In this document: piece after piece, positions 34,934 through 45,069 of the stretch
Position numbering within the stretch: the first letter of the stretch is position 1
Layout: every line of letters starts with the position of its first letter
Translations under genes and position numbers: made by a program
DNA from: an uncultured Candidatus Saccharibacteria bacterium
GTDB taxonomy: Bacteria > Patescibacteriota > WWE3 > 9FT-COMBO-53-11
DNA length: 64,000 nt
Direction of reading: 5' to 3'
Assembly (NCBI GenBank): GCA_964348395.1
Contig: CAYGCK010000001.1
Location: 85,018-149,017 of the forward strand
Notes under the pieces: generated by a model
Told to the model about the DNA's origin: nothing
Database searches by the model: none
The model's input: the letters and a program-made list of their open reading frames with translations, nothing else

Positions 34934-36760
34934 ATGCAACGCTCAAGACTACCGAAAAACCTTAAATCTCCTGCGCGAAAAGGTCAAAACCTGGTGTCCT
35001 GGCTGTTTTTCGCTATAGTTCTGGTCATCATACTTTGGGCTTTTGCTACCCCTATTTCGCAGCCCGTGGAGGTTCCGGTATCTGAGGTTCTATCCTCCAT
35101 TGAGGCCGGGGAGGTTAAAAGAATCGAAATCACCGGGGACAAGCTTTCCGTAACCTTTAAGTCTGGGGAGGAGGTTGTCTCGACCAAGGAGACCGACTTT
35201 GGTTTTTTGGAGATACTTGCGCAATCCGGGGTGGACCCCTCTTTGGTCGAAGAAGGCATTGGGGTTAAGAAAGGGTTTCCCTGGGTGGATATTCTTCTTG
35301 GGTTTTTGCCCGTGGGTTTGATTATTCTGTTCTTCTTCTACTTCTCCAGGCAGGCTCGCGGGGGCGTGTCGGATATTCTCTCTTTTGGGCGGTCTCGCGC
35401 AGAGCTTTTTATCCGCGGTCGCCAGCCCAAGATTACCTTCGCGGATGTGGCGGGTGTGGATGAGGCCGAACAGGAGCTGGAGGAGGTCGTCGATTTCTTA
35501 AAGAACCCCGGCAAATACAGAGCTCTTGGCGCACGTATTCCCAAAGGAGTGCTTCTGGTCGGGCCAGCAGGCACGGGGAAAACTCTCTTGGCCCGCGCGG
35601 TGGCGGGCGAGGCTAACGCTCCCTTCTACTCCATTTCCGGATCGGAGTTTATGGAGATGTTGGTGGGTGTTGGCGCGGCGCGTGTCCGGGACCTTTTTGA
35701 GACCGCCAAAAGGAATGCACCGGCGATTATCTTTATCGACGAGATAGAGTCCATCGGTCGCCAGCGAGGAATCGGAATTACCGGGGGGCATGAGGAGAGG
35801 GAGCAAACCTTGAACCAGATTTTGACCGAGATGGACGGTTTTACCCCCTCCGATAACGTTATAGTTTTGGCGGCCACCAATCGCCCCGAACTCTTGGACC
35901 CCGCCCTGACCCGCCCGGGTCGTTTCGACCGGCGAGTCGTTTTGGACCTCCCCGATATTGAGGGGCGCGTTGGGATATTTAAAATTCACTCTCGAGGCAA
36001 GCCCTTGGCCCGCGCGGTGGACCTTAAAAAGATCGCCAAGCGAACGGTTGGTTTCTCCGGAGCGGATATCGAAAATATGTTGAATGAGGCGGCAATTCTA
36101 GCCGCCCGAGAGGGGAAGAAGTCCGTAAGTATGAAGCACCTCGAGGAGGCGGCGACCAAAGTGAAGCTCGGGCCGGAAAAAAGGCGACTGCAATCCCCGG
36201 AGGAGAGACGTATGACGGCTTATCACGAGGCAGGCCACGCCATAGTTGCCTCGCAGCTGCCTCATATGGACCCGGTTCACAGAGTGAGTATTGTTTCCCG
36301 AGGCGTGGCTCTTGGATTTACAGAAATTCCCCCTGCCATAGATCGTTATCAGCACACGCAAAGCGAACTTGAGGAGAGGATTGCGTCTCTTCTCGGTGGG
36401 CGGGCTTCTGAGGAGTTCATCTTTAACGAGTTTACGGTTGGGGCGGCCTCGGATCTTGCCCAAGCCACAGCCATCGCCCGCAAGATGGTTTCGGAGTTTG
36501 GGATGTCCGAGCTCGGACCCGTTTCCACAGGAGGTGGGGAGAGAGTTTGGTTTGGAATGACCAGGGATCCTGAGGGCTGGTCGGACGATACCGCATCCCG
36601 AGTAGACGAGGAGGTAAGAAAGATCCTTAACCGCGCCTACAGCCGAGCGAAGGAAGTACTGCAAGCAAACCGCGATAAACTCGATCGAGTTACCGACGCG
36701 CTTCTTAAACAGGAAACCATAGAAGGGGAGGAATTCAAGCGGTTGATAACCGCAAAGTAA
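34934..36760 (+). CDS. ftsH: ATP-dependent zinc metalloprotease FtsH
   Basis: N-terminal TM helices, AAA Walker A GPAGTGKT, and the HEAGHA zinc motif. Confidence 0.95.
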   Translation: MQRSRLPKNLKSPARKGQNLVSWLFFAIVLVIILWAFATPISQPVEVPVSEVLSSIEAGEVKRIEITGDKLSVTFKSGEEVVSTKETDFGFLEILAQSGVDPSLVEEGIGVKKGFPWVDILLGFLPVGLIILFFFYFSRQARGGVSDILSFGRSRAELFIRGRQPKITFADVAGVDEAEQELEEVVDFLKNPGKYRALGARIPKGVLLVGPAGTGKTLLARAVAGEANAPFYSISGSEFMEMLVGVGAARVRDLFETAKRNAPAIIFIDEIESIGRQRGIGITGGHEEREQTLNQILTEMDGFTPSDNVIVLAATNRPELLDPALTRPGRFDRRVVLDLPDIEGRVGIFKIHSRGKPLARAVDLKKIAKRTVGFSGADIENMLNEAAILAAREGKKSVSMKHLEEAATKVKLGPEKRRLQSPEERRMTAYHEAGHAIVASQLPHMDPVHRVSIVSRGVALGFTEIPPAIDRYQHTQSELEERIASLLGGRASEEFIFNEFTVGAASDLAQATAIARKMVSEFGMSELGPVSTGGGERVWFGMTRDPEGWSDDTASRVDEEVRKILNRAYSRAKEVLQANRDKLDRVTDALLKQETIEGEEFKRLITAK

Positions 36761-36801
36761 CTCCAATAAATCTAGAGGTCACTTAGGTTACTATTGTTAC
36801 T

Positions 36802-37740
36802 GTGAACCGCCTAGTCCTAATCGATACCGCCAACTTCTTACACCGCGCCTTTTATGCCTTTCCTATGAACCTGACCGCTTCCGATGGGCAGGTGATAAAC
36901 GCCGTCTACGGGTTCTCCTCCATGCTTATCAACCTTGTAAAGGAGCTCGAACCCACCCATCTGGCCTGCGCAATGGAATCTGAGGAGGAGGTCGTCTTTC
37001 GGGAGGTGGAATTTCCCGAGTATAAGGCGACAAGGGTTCCCAAATCTCCGGAGGAGCAGGTCGCCTACGAGTCTCAGTTTCCTCTTGTATTGGAGCTTTT
37101 GGCGGCTGCTGATATTAAGACGCTTACGGCCGAAGGATATGAGGCAGACGACGTTATTGGGACGGTGGCAAAACAAGTCACAAGTAGCAAGTCACAAATA
37201 GCAAGAAGGACAGAAGTGATAATCACATCTAACGACCGGGATCTGATGCAGCTTATCGACGGGCGAGTCAAGTTCTACCTTCCGGCGGTGGGCAAGAATA
37301 AAGCCAAACTCTACAGGAGAAGGGAGTTTTTGGAGGAGTACGGGTTCGCTCCAGAAAATCTCGTCGATTTCAAAGCTTTGCGAGGAGATACCTCGGATAA
37401 CATCCCCGGGGTCCGCGGTATAGGGGAAAAAACCGCGACGGAGCTTATCAGAAAACATGGAAACCTTGAGAAGATTTATAAAAATATATTGGAGATAAGG
37501 CCTGCGGTTGCCACCAAGCTAAACGACGGGAAAGACAAAGCAGAACTTTCCAAACGCTTAGCTACCATAGCGACCGAAGCACCGCTCCGGTTCAAGCTCT
37601 CCGATCTAAAATTTGGAGGATTTGTCAACGACAAAGTTGTGCAGCTCTTCGAGAAATGGAATTTCAAATCCTTGCTGGCAAAAATCAATAATTCTCCCGA
37701 GACGAAGGTAGAAAGCGAAGATCAACTAAAACTGCTCTAA
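36802..37740 (+). CDS. stand-alone 5'-3' exonuclease (Pol I N-terminal domain / FEN family)
   Basis: Typical Pol I 5'-3' exonuclease pattern LIDTANFLHRAFYA..., GYEADDVIGT, and an H3TH motif. GTG start. Confidence 0.8.
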   Translation: MNRLVLIDTANFLHRAFYAFPMNLTASDGQVINAVYGFSSMLINLVKELEPTHLACAMESEEEVVFREVEFPEYKATRVPKSPEEQVAYESQFPLVLELLAAADIKTLTAEGYEADDVIGTVAKQVTSSKSQIARRTEVIITSNDRDLMQLIDGRVKFYLPAVGKNKAKLYRRREFLEEYGFAPENLVDFKALRGDTSDNIPGVRGIGEKTATELIRKHGNLEKIYKNILEIRPAVATKLNDGKDKAELSKRLATIATEAPLRFKLSDLKFGGFVNDKVVQLFEKWNFKSLLAKINNSPETKVESEDQLKLL

Positions 37741-37755
37741 TATAAACTAGACTAT

Positions 37756-38856
37756 ATGAAGGTTGCTCTGGTACACGACTTTTTAAATCAATATGGCGGA
37801 GCGGAGAGGGTACTTGAGGCCATTCATGACATCTTCCCATACTCCCACGTTTACACCTCGCTCCACAGACCTACAAAACTGCCTTTGAGGATGAAAAATT
37901 GGGATATAAGACCCTTCAAGCTGCCGCGGATTCCCGTGGCCCATTTTCTGAAGTACTACACCGCTTTCTACCCCCTCCTTTTTGAGGGGATAGACCTCTC
38001 AGACTACGATTTGGTTATCTCCTCGACCGCTTTTTTTGCCAAAGGGGTTTTGACTCGTCCCCCGACCGTCCACATCTCCTACATCCACACACCGCCTCGG
38101 TTCCTCTACCACTACAGCGCAGAAACCGGCAAACGGGAGCTATTTGTCTATCGACCCGTACTTTCCGTTTTGGATAACTTCTTTCGGGTGTGGGATTACC
38201 ACGCCGCCCGCAGACCGCAATTTTTGGTGGCTAACTCTCAAGAGGTTGCGGGACGAATTAAGAAATTTTATCGGCGAGAGGCGACTGTCATCTACCCGCC
38301 CGTTGAGTTGCCTAAAAACCCAGTCGACCAACCAACCGATCAACTGGGCAGTTATTACCTAGTCGTCTCCCGCCTTCTGCCGTATAAGCGAATCGATTTG
38401 GCGGTCCGAGCGGCCAACCAACTCAAAATACCGCTCAAGGTAGCGGGGGCGGGAAAGGAGGAGAGGAGACTCAAAAAGATGGCGGGACCTACGGTTGAGT
38501 TTCTCGGGTTTGTGACCGATGAGAAACTAGCAAGGATTTACAAAGATTGCCACGCTCTAGTTTTTCCCACAGAGGAGGACTTTGGGATAACGCCCGTTGA
38601 GGCGATGAGCTTTGGCAAACCTGTACTTGCATTTGCGAAGGGGGGTGCTACGGAGTCGATTGTGCCAGGTAGGACCGGTGAGTTTTTCGCCGAGCAGACG
38701 ACGGATTCGCTGACCGAAGCCTTACAGAATTTCGATCCATCCAAGTACAAAGCGCGTGACTGTATCACCCAAGCCAAGAGGTTTTCCAAAGACCGTTTCA
38801 AGAAAGAATTTTCAGCCTTCGTCGACTCAAAACTTAAAGAGAGTAGAGTCATATGA
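37756..38856 (+). CDS. glycosyltransferase family 4 (GT-B)
   Basis: C-terminal GT4 signature EDFGITPVEAMSFGKPVLAFAKGGATESI. Confidence 0.8.
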   Translation: MKVALVHDFLNQYGGAERVLEAIHDIFPYSHVYTSLHRPTKLPLRMKNWDIRPFKLPRIPVAHFLKYYTAFYPLLFEGIDLSDYDLVISSTAFFAKGVLTRPPTVHISYIHTPPRFLYHYSAETGKRELFVYRPVLSVLDNFFRVWDYHAARRPQFLVANSQEVAGRIKKFYRREATVIYPPVELPKNPVDQPTDQLGSYYLVVSRLLPYKRIDLAVRAANQLKIPLKVAGAGKEERRLKKMAGPTVEFLGFVTDEKLARIYKDCHALVFPTEEDFGITPVEAMSFGKPVLAFAKGGATESIVPGRTGEFFAEQTTDSLTEALQNFDPSKYKARDCITQAKRFSKDRFKKEFSAFVDSKLKESRVI

Positions 38857-39413
38857 CAACCGTCTATCTTTTGCGCCACGGTGAAACCGAGAATCCCGAG
38901 GATTTAATAAAGGGTCGGCTCGACCGCTTTGCTCTAAGCCCGCGCGGCAAGAAGCACTTAAAAAGGGCTGCCAGGCAGTTGGCCAACGAGCGGGTCACCT
39001 CCGTCTACACCAGCCCTCTTCTAAGAGCTCGGCAAAGCGCAGAAGTGTTCAAGGAGTCTTTTCCGAAAGCCAAATTTCGGGTTTTGGAGGAGCTTAACGA
39101 ATGGGACAGCAAACTCGCGGGCAAACCCAACGCCTTTATAAAGAGCAAACCCTACTCCTTTTTCCTTAAATATTACGAATCTCCGGATCAAGTCCTCTCG
39201 AGGATGAGGAAGGCGCTTGAGCTTATGGTCGGGGAAAACCGCGACGGGGCTGCCGTCGCTTTCTCCCACGGATGGCCGCTTACCTTACTTCTTCTTGACT
39301 TGGAGGGTAATAAATTCAAATATCCGCTGACCTCTTTTCCTCACGATAGGCTTTCGCGTATCGAATTGGGCGGTAAGCAAAAATCGCCCAGAATTTTGCA
39401 TTTTAGGTTTTAA
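38853..39413 (+). CDS. histidine phosphatase family protein (phosphoglycerate-mutase-like)
   Basis: RHG catalytic motif (LLRHGETEN). Overlaps the upstream stop. Confidence 0.75.
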   Translation: MTTVYLLRHGETENPEDLIKGRLDRFALSPRGKKHLKRAARQLANERVTSVYTSPLLRARQSAEVFKESFPKAKFRVLEELNEWDSKLAGKPNAFIKSKPYSFFLKYYESPDQVLSRMRKALELMVGENRDGAAVAFSHGWPLTLLLLDLEGNKFKYPLTSFPHDRLSRIELGGKQKSPRILHFRF

Positions 39414-39429
39414 ACTTTAAACTAAGCTT

Positions 39430-40293
39430 GTGCCGGAACTACCAGAGATTGAAACAATAGTTAAGGATCTGAAGGAAGCCCTCCCGGAATTGGTGGTTAA
39501 GAGGGTTATCGTCCACGGGGGCTACCGCCCTAAGGCTTCTGATTTACCCTCTACTGTTGGTTCCTCCGTTTCGACGGTTGACAGGGTCGGAAAGACCGTC
39601 CATATGGTTTTGGACGACACACGCCGTGTCGTTTTTCACCTTGCTATGACCGGCCGATTGCTTCTTCGGCGGGCTGGAGACGTTCCTGATCCCAATCAAC
39701 GGGTCAGCTTTATCTTCTCGGACGGAAGGCAGCTTAGGTTTACTGATATCCGCATGTTTGGTTGGGTTGAGCTTTTTGGCGAGGACCGCTTTAGGGAGTT
39801 TAGCAAGCGTTACGGCCCAGACCCGTTTGAAATTACCGCCGAGGAATTTGCAGAGCGGTTTCTATCAAAGAAAGTATCTGTTAAGAACGTGCTCCTGGAT
39901 CAGTCTTTGGTTTCCGGAATCGGAAACATATATGCCAACGACGCGCTGTGGATGGCGGAGATTCACCCTGAAGCCAAAACCCACAAACTCTCAGGAGAAC
40001 AGTTAAGAAAGTTGCATCAAGCGGTACTGGACATACTTCGTGAGGGTATCGAACACAGGGGATCGAGCATAGATACCTACGTAGATGCGTACGGAAGAGC
40101 GGGTAAACATCAAGAACACTTTAGGGTTTACCAGAAAGAGGGGGAGAAGTGCGCGCGCTGCGGCAGCGTGCTACGGTTCAAGCAGCTCAGTGGGCGCGGA
40201 ACCTTCTATTGCGACAACTGCCAGCTTTTGGGTTTGGGTAAAGGAGACGCTGTCGAGGAACAGATTAAGGGGCAAGAAACATTCGGATTATAG
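39430..40293 (+). CDS. mutM: formamidopyrimidine-DNA glycosylase (Fpg/MutM)
   Basis: N-terminal (M)PELPEIE, H2TH, and a C-terminal zinc finger CARCG...C..C. Confidence 0.9.
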   Translation: MPELPEIETIVKDLKEALPELVVKRVIVHGGYRPKASDLPSTVGSSVSTVDRVGKTVHMVLDDTRRVVFHLAMTGRLLLRRAGDVPDPNQRVSFIFSDGRQLRFTDIRMFGWVELFGEDRFREFSKRYGPDPFEITAEEFAERFLSKKVSVKNVLLDQSLVSGIGNIYANDALWMAEIHPEAKTHKLSGEQLRKLHQAVLDILREGIEHRGSSIDTYVDAYGRAGKHQEHFRVYQKEGEKCARCGSVLRFKQLSGRGTFYCDNCQLLGLGKGDAVEEQIKGQETFGL

Positions 40294-40301
40294 TCTAGCT
40301 C

Positions 40302-41321
40302 ATGTTACTTAAAAAGATTTATCTGGAGAATTTTAGGAGTTACCCCAAAAAGATTTTCGAGTTTAACGGCGAGATAACACTGGTTGTCGGGCCAAACACC
40401 GCGGGCAAGAGCAACCTTATGGAATCTATTTTCCTTCTTGCTTTTGGCACTTCCCCATGGGCGACGTTAGACCAAGAAATGTTGAGGGGCGGCGCAAAGC
40501 TCGGGTTTGTCAGAGCCGCATTTGAGGGCGGAGATAAAAGGGAGCTTGAGGTAATCTTAACCGGAAACGGCAAACGGTTTCGCGTCAACGGGGTTGGGCG
40601 GCGCCTATCCGATTTTTCCCAGCACTTCCACGCCGTTCTTTTCTCGCCGCAGGACCTAAATCTGGTGACCGGCGCGCCGGACTTGAGACGCAGATTTGTG
40701 GATTTTGCCCTTGGGAGCACCAGTTTGGAGTACGCGAGGACGCTTCGTGAGTATGAGAAGGTACGAAAGCGAAGGAACCGGCTTTTGGAGCAGATTAAAA
40801 AGAGCAAATCTTCCGAGGATGAGCTAGGTTTTTGGGACGCAAAGCTTCTGGAGTATGGCGTTCCTTTGCAGGACAGCCGAAAGGAATTTTTTGACGAGGT
40901 TAATGGAGATCTTAGAACCGAGAGATTGGAACTTAGTTATATTCTCTCAGGATTGACCGCGGAGAGACTCCGAGATTCGAGGACGCGGGAGATAGCAGCC
41001 GAAACCTCGCTCATTGGGCCACACCGCGACGACTTTTCTTTCTTCTCTGGGGAGAGAGACCTGTCGGGCTACGGTTCACGCGGCGAGCAGAGGCGGGCGG
41101 TACTTGTCCTAAAGCGTGCGGAGTTGGGGTATGTGGAGAGGAGGATCGGGTACAGGCCGCTCCTTCTTTTGGACGATATCTTCTCCGAGCTCGACAAGAA
41201 AAATCGCGCCGGGGTTTTTGAACTCATAGACGGTGGACAGGGGCAGGTCATCATCACTACCGCCAATCCCGAGCAAGTGCCCACCGAAACACTCCGAGAG
41301 CTGAGGGTTATTGAGCTCTAG
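40302..41321 (+). CDS. recF: DNA replication and repair protein RecF
   Basis: Walker A GPNTAGKSNLMESI and the RecF/SMC-like signature. Overlaps the upstream stop. Confidence 0.9.
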   Translation: MLLKKIYLENFRSYPKKIFEFNGEITLVVGPNTAGKSNLMESIFLLAFGTSPWATLDQEMLRGGAKLGFVRAAFEGGDKRELEVILTGNGKRFRVNGVGRRLSDFSQHFHAVLFSPQDLNLVTGAPDLRRRFVDFALGSTSLEYARTLREYEKVRKRRNRLLEQIKKSKSSEDELGFWDAKLLEYGVPLQDSRKEFFDEVNGDLRTERLELSYILSGLTAERLRDSRTREIAAETSLIGPHRDDFSFFSGERDLSGYGSRGEQRRAVLVLKRAELGYVERRIGYRPLLLLDDIFSELDKKNRAGVFELIDGGQGQVIITTANPEQVPTETLRELRVIEL

Positions 41322-41329
41322 CTTGTTGT

Positions 41330-41353
41330 GGAACACTTCGCGCGAAGTGTTCC
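41330..41353. repeat. 24-bp perfect palindrome GGAACACTTCGCGCGAAGTGTTCC (copy 1)
   Basis: Perfect 12+12 inverted repeat between convergent recF and 41405..41599. A second copy with one mismatch lies at 62467..62490. Confidence 0.7.
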
Positions 41354-41404
41354 TAAGCTAAGGGAAAGAAAAGGACCCGGGATTTCTCCAAGGTCCTTGG
41401 GTGG

Positions 41405-41599
41405 TCACTCCTCAGCCAGCTCGGCGAGTTTCTCGGCCATCTTTTCGCTCCGCCGTGCCCTGTCGATGGTGTTGAGAGCGTATCCTCCAATCATGAGGAG
41501 GAGACCGTCGAACGCCCAGCGCCCGGATGCGGCGATCACGGCTGCAACCAGGAGGCCGAAACCCAGAAGCAGCACCAGATAAGATATCTTGCGCAGCAT
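41405..41599 (-). CDS. small membrane protein
   Basis: 64 aa, one or two TM helices. Separated by 3 nt from the upstream small gene. Confidence 0.45.
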   Translation of the reverse strand: MLRKISYLVLLLGFGLLVAAVIAASGRWAFDGLLLMIGGYALNTIDRARRSEKMAEKLAELAEE

Positions 41600-41602
41600 C
41601 TT

Positions 41603-41773
41603 CTAACTCCTTTCTCCTTTGTTTGTTTGGCGATCTCTCCTGCGTTTCTTGAGCCATCTGACGAGCGGGATTACGAAGGCCGCGATTACCGAGAGTACGA
41701 CGATCACGGGGGTCACGACCACGGTCAGCACCACCCTGATCACCTGCTTTAGAGCCCGCGCTACCTTGTTCAT
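41603..41773 (-). CDS. 56-aa small membrane protein
   Basis: Not in the ORF track. GGAAGAGAGG SD. Reads MNKVARALKQVIRVVLTVVVTPVIVVLSVIAAFVIPLVRWLKKRRRDRQTNKGERS. Confidence 0.35.
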   Translation of the reverse strand: MNKVARALKQVIRVVLTVVVTPVIVVLSVIAAFVIPLVRWLKKRRRDRQTNKGERS

Positions 41774-41790
41774 GTCCTCTCTTCCCTTCG

Positions 41791-42435
41791 CTACTTGGGC
41801 CGGTAGAGAGTAGCGGGCTCGTTTTCCCGGGTCTCTGCCGGGTAGATCCGGTAGAAATCCTGGGGGATCACGGAGCTATCCGGGTCCAGGTACTCCGCCT
41901 CGTGGATCTCTTGTGCGAGCTCCAACCCCACGAACCTCCAGTGCCACGGCTCCCAAGCGAGCTCGACCCCGCACGCGGCGAGTCCGAGGTTGCTGTAGGG
42001 GGGCTCGTCGCAGCGCTTGAACGGGTAGGACTCGACAAACCCAAACTCGTGAGCGTGTTCCTTAAGCCATCGCCAGAGTTGGTGGTTTGGACCGTAATCT
42101 GGCGATCGGGTCGGCTCGGTAGCCAAGTCGAAGGTTGTACCGAGCTGGTGTTCACTGCGCCCTGCCTCCATAGAGAAGTCTTTGCACCGGGTATTCCAGG
42201 AGCACTCTTTCTCGTGGATGGCCGCCTGGTAGTCATACGACCTAAAGCCGCTCACAACCACGACCTCGTAACCGTCTGCCTCCGCGGCTTCTATCATCAG
42301 GTTGAGACGGTAGCCAGCTTCCGAGTTAATTCCTGGATTGTAATCTGCCGGGAGCGGGTGATCTTTGTCCACCAAAACGTCAAACGGAAGGGTGGACGAG
42401 ACCAGCAGGAGAATTCCGACCAGAAGGTCGATCAT
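41791..42435 (-). CDS. D-alanyl-D-alanine carboxypeptidase (peptidase M15B, VanY-like)
   Basis: M15B motifs SGFRSYDYQ and SEHQLGTTFDL. Confidence 0.8.
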   Translation of the reverse strand: MIDLLVGILLLVSSTLPFDVLVDKDHPLPADYNPGINSEAGYRLNLMIEAAEADGYEVVVVSGFRSYDYQAAIHEKECSWNTRCKDFSMEAGRSEHQLGTTFDLATEPTRSPDYGPNHQLWRWLKEHAHEFGFVESYPFKRCDEPPYSNLGLAACGVELAWEPWHWRFVGLELAQEIHEAEYLDPDSSVIPQDFYRIYPAETRENEPATLYRPK

Positions 42436-42523
42436 CGATCTAACCTCCTTTCTTTTAGGTTTTAACCGAATTCTACCATCTAACCTATAGCTTCACAAAT
42501 AAGAGAAAGAAAAAAGCGAAGAT

Positions 42524-42671
42524 TACTCATCTTCGCTTTGCGCGGGGACTTGGTTCAAGAGGTATCGCAGAAATTCCCTACTCTGTTTCCAGAACACTGC
42601 TACCAGGAAAATCCAAATAAGAACCGACGAAACTACGATAAACTCGACCAAGTCGCGACCCTCTCCCATGT
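42524..42671 (-). CDS. 48-aa small membrane protein
   Basis: AAGGAG SD. Reads MGEGRDLVEFIVVSSVLIWIFLVAVFWKQSREFLRYLLNQVPAQSEDE. Confidence 0.35.
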
Positions 42672-42739
42672 GCCGCTCCTTTCTTAGTGTGGTTTTTTGA
42701 TGAGGTTAAGTTTACTACACTTTGCTGTAAAATTGGGGC

Positions 42740-44542
42740 GTGAAGTTCTCCCGTCTAGCAGATTACTTCTCCAAAATAGAAGCGACCCCAAAGCGGCTTG
42801 AAATGACCGACCTTCTGGCCAAGCTCCTCAAGGAAGCGACATCCTCGGAAATAGACAAAATATGCTACCTCGCCTTGGGCCAGCTAGCTCCTCTTTACGA
42901 GGGTGTCGAGTTTAATCTCGCCGAGAAGATGATGGTCCGCATTATGGCGGAGGCGTACGACAAACCCCAAGAGGAGGTCCGCAAGCTCTACAAAAAGAAA
43001 GGGGACTTGGGCGAGGCGGCGGAGGAACTGGGTTCAAAGTTTAAAGTTAAAAGTTTAAAGTTGACAGTTGACCAGGTTTATAGGGAGTTGAGGAAAGTAG
43101 CAGAGATTGAGGGGGCGGGATCGCAGGAGAAAAAGGTTAAGTGGGCGGCTGAGCTTCTCAAGAAACTCGACCCCTTGTCCACCCGCTTTGTGACTCGCAT
43201 ACCGGTCAAAAAGCTTCGGCTCGGGTTTTCCGACAAAACTATCCTCGACGCGCTCTCCGTCATGGAGGTCGGGGACAAGAGCGCCAGGGCGGGTATAGAG
43301 CGCGCTTACAACGTATTGGCGGATATTGGGAAAATCGCCCAACTTGTCAAGACTAAAGGGGTCAAGGGGCTTGCAAAAATTAAAGTGTCGGTCGGGACCC
43401 CCGTCAGGATGGCCGCCGCCGAGCGCCTTCCTACCCCCCAGGAAATTATCGACAAGATGGGGGGCCGGCTCGCCGCCGAGCCCAAATACGACGGCTTTCG
43501 CGTGCAACTTCACCTCGATAAGTCAAGGAAGCTCAAAGAACGCGAGGGGGGTGAGCAGCTTGCTCTTCTGGCGGCCGAGGTAGGGGGTCCTTGGGTCAAG
43601 ATTTTCTCCCGCAATTTGGAGGACACGACCGCTATGTTCCCAGAGATAGTTGCGGCGGCGCAAAAACTCCCGGCTAAAAGCGTGATTATGGAGGGTGAGG
43701 CGATAGCTTACAACCCCGAAACAGAGGAGTTTGAGCCTTTCCAGGAAACGGCCAAAAGGAAGCGCAAGTACGACGTTATGGAGAAAGCAGAGAAGCTTCC
43801 TCTTAAGGTTTTCGCTTTTGACCTTTTGTATCTCGACGGTCGTGACTTAACCCACAACCCCTATTCCACAAGGCGCGGAGCTCTGGAGAAATTGGTAAAA
43901 GGTTCCGAGAACACCATACTCATAGCCGAGGAACACGAATTTAAAGACGCAGAGAGACTCCAGGAGTTCTTTATGGAACAGGTCGAACACGGGCTTGAGG
44001 GGATAATGACCAAGAGATTGGACGGCGTTTACCAAGCCGGGGTTCGGAATTTCAATTGGGTAAAGCTCAAGAGGGTTGAGGAAGGGGAGCTCGAGGACAC
44101 CATAGACTGCGTGGTATTAGGGTACTACCGTGGTCGCGGCAAGAGGGCAGAGTTTGGCATAGGCGGTTTTTTGGTCGCGGTTTATGACGATAAGGCCGAC
44201 GCCTTCAAGACCATATCCCGGGTGGGGACTGGTTTAAAGGATGAGGAATGGCGAGAGATGAAAAGGAGGGTCGATAAGATATCGGTTAAAGAGAAGCCCA
44301 AGAATGTCAAGGTTGTCAAAGAGCTCGTTCCGGATGTTTGGGCCGCGCCGCAGATTGTAGTTGCCATTCGAGCCGACGAGATAACCCGCTCGCCCTTGCA
44401 TACCGCTGGGGCCCGGGGGGACGAGCCGGGGCTTGCCCTACGCTTTCCTCGACTTATGGCTTTTCGGAATGATAAGGCGCCGGAGCAAGCGACGACGGTT
44501 TTGGAGGTTGAGAAGCTTTTTAAGAAGCAGCGAAAGCGGTAA
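42740..44542 (+). CDS. ATP-dependent DNA ligase (archaeal/eukaryotic Lig I-like)
   Basis: Adenylation motif I EPKYDGFR (KxDG), an N-terminal DNA-binding domain and an OB domain, about 600 aa. GTG start. Confidence 0.9.
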   Translation: MKFSRLADYFSKIEATPKRLEMTDLLAKLLKEATSSEIDKICYLALGQLAPLYEGVEFNLAEKMMVRIMAEAYDKPQEEVRKLYKKKGDLGEAAEELGSKFKVKSLKLTVDQVYRELRKVAEIEGAGSQEKKVKWAAELLKKLDPLSTRFVTRIPVKKLRLGFSDKTILDALSVMEVGDKSARAGIERAYNVLADIGKIAQLVKTKGVKGLAKIKVSVGTPVRMAAAERLPTPQEIIDKMGGRLAAEPKYDGFRVQLHLDKSRKLKEREGGEQLALLAAEVGGPWVKIFSRNLEDTTAMFPEIVAAAQKLPAKSVIMEGEAIAYNPETEEFEPFQETAKRKRKYDVMEKAEKLPLKVFAFDLLYLDGRDLTHNPYSTRRGALEKLVKGSENTILIAEEHEFKDAERLQEFFMEQVEHGLEGIMTKRLDGVYQAGVRNFNWVKLKRVEEGELEDTIDCVVLGYYRGRGKRAEFGIGGFLVAVYDDKADAFKTISRVGTGLKDEEWREMKRRVDKISVKEKPKNVKVVKELVPDVWAAPQIVVAIRADEITRSPLHTAGARGDEPGLALRFPRLMAFRNDKAPEQATTVLEVEKLFKKQRKR

Positions 44543-44698
44543 CTTAAAACTGGTAACGTTAGTTAGTCGTAGTTAGTGAGAGGAGGTGAAACCGCTTAAG
44601 GAGCGGAAGTATCAAGTTAAGAAAGTATCAAGTACCATGTAAAGATTGAACATGGTAAATGGTAGATGAACAAATGGTACTTCTGCTTTAGCAGTACA

Positions 44699-45058
44699 AT
44701 GGCTAAAACATCAATGGGACTTGAGGAAAACGTCGCGGGGGCGCTGGCCTACTTTTTAGGTTTTATCACCGGTATTTTCTTTCTTCTTACCGAAAAAGGA
44801 AGGTTCGTTCGCTTCCACGCTATGCAATCGACCATCCTTTCCGGAGGTTTGGTCATCCTGTCGCTTGTTTTGGGTATTATCCCGATTGTGAACGTGGTCT
44901 GGTTTGCGCTTTCGCCTTTCGTAACGGTTGCCGCATTCGTCTTGTGGCTTTACCTTATGTACCAGGCGTATCAGGGGAAGATGTATAAGCTCCCTTGGAT
45001 TGGTGATATTTCGGAGCAACAGATGGACAGTTTCGGAGGGGGCGGCGAAGTAGAGTAA
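44699..45058 (+). CDS. DUF4870-like membrane protein
   Basis: Three TM helices, resembling the yqaE/DUF4870 family. Confidence 0.5.
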   Translation: MAKTSMGLEENVAGALAYFLGFITGIFFLLTEKGRFVRFHAMQSTILSGGLVILSLVLGIIPIVNVVWFALSPFVTVAAFVLWLYLMYQAYQGKMYKLPWIGDISEQQMDSFGGGGEVE

Positions 45059-45069
45059 ATTTAAGATAT

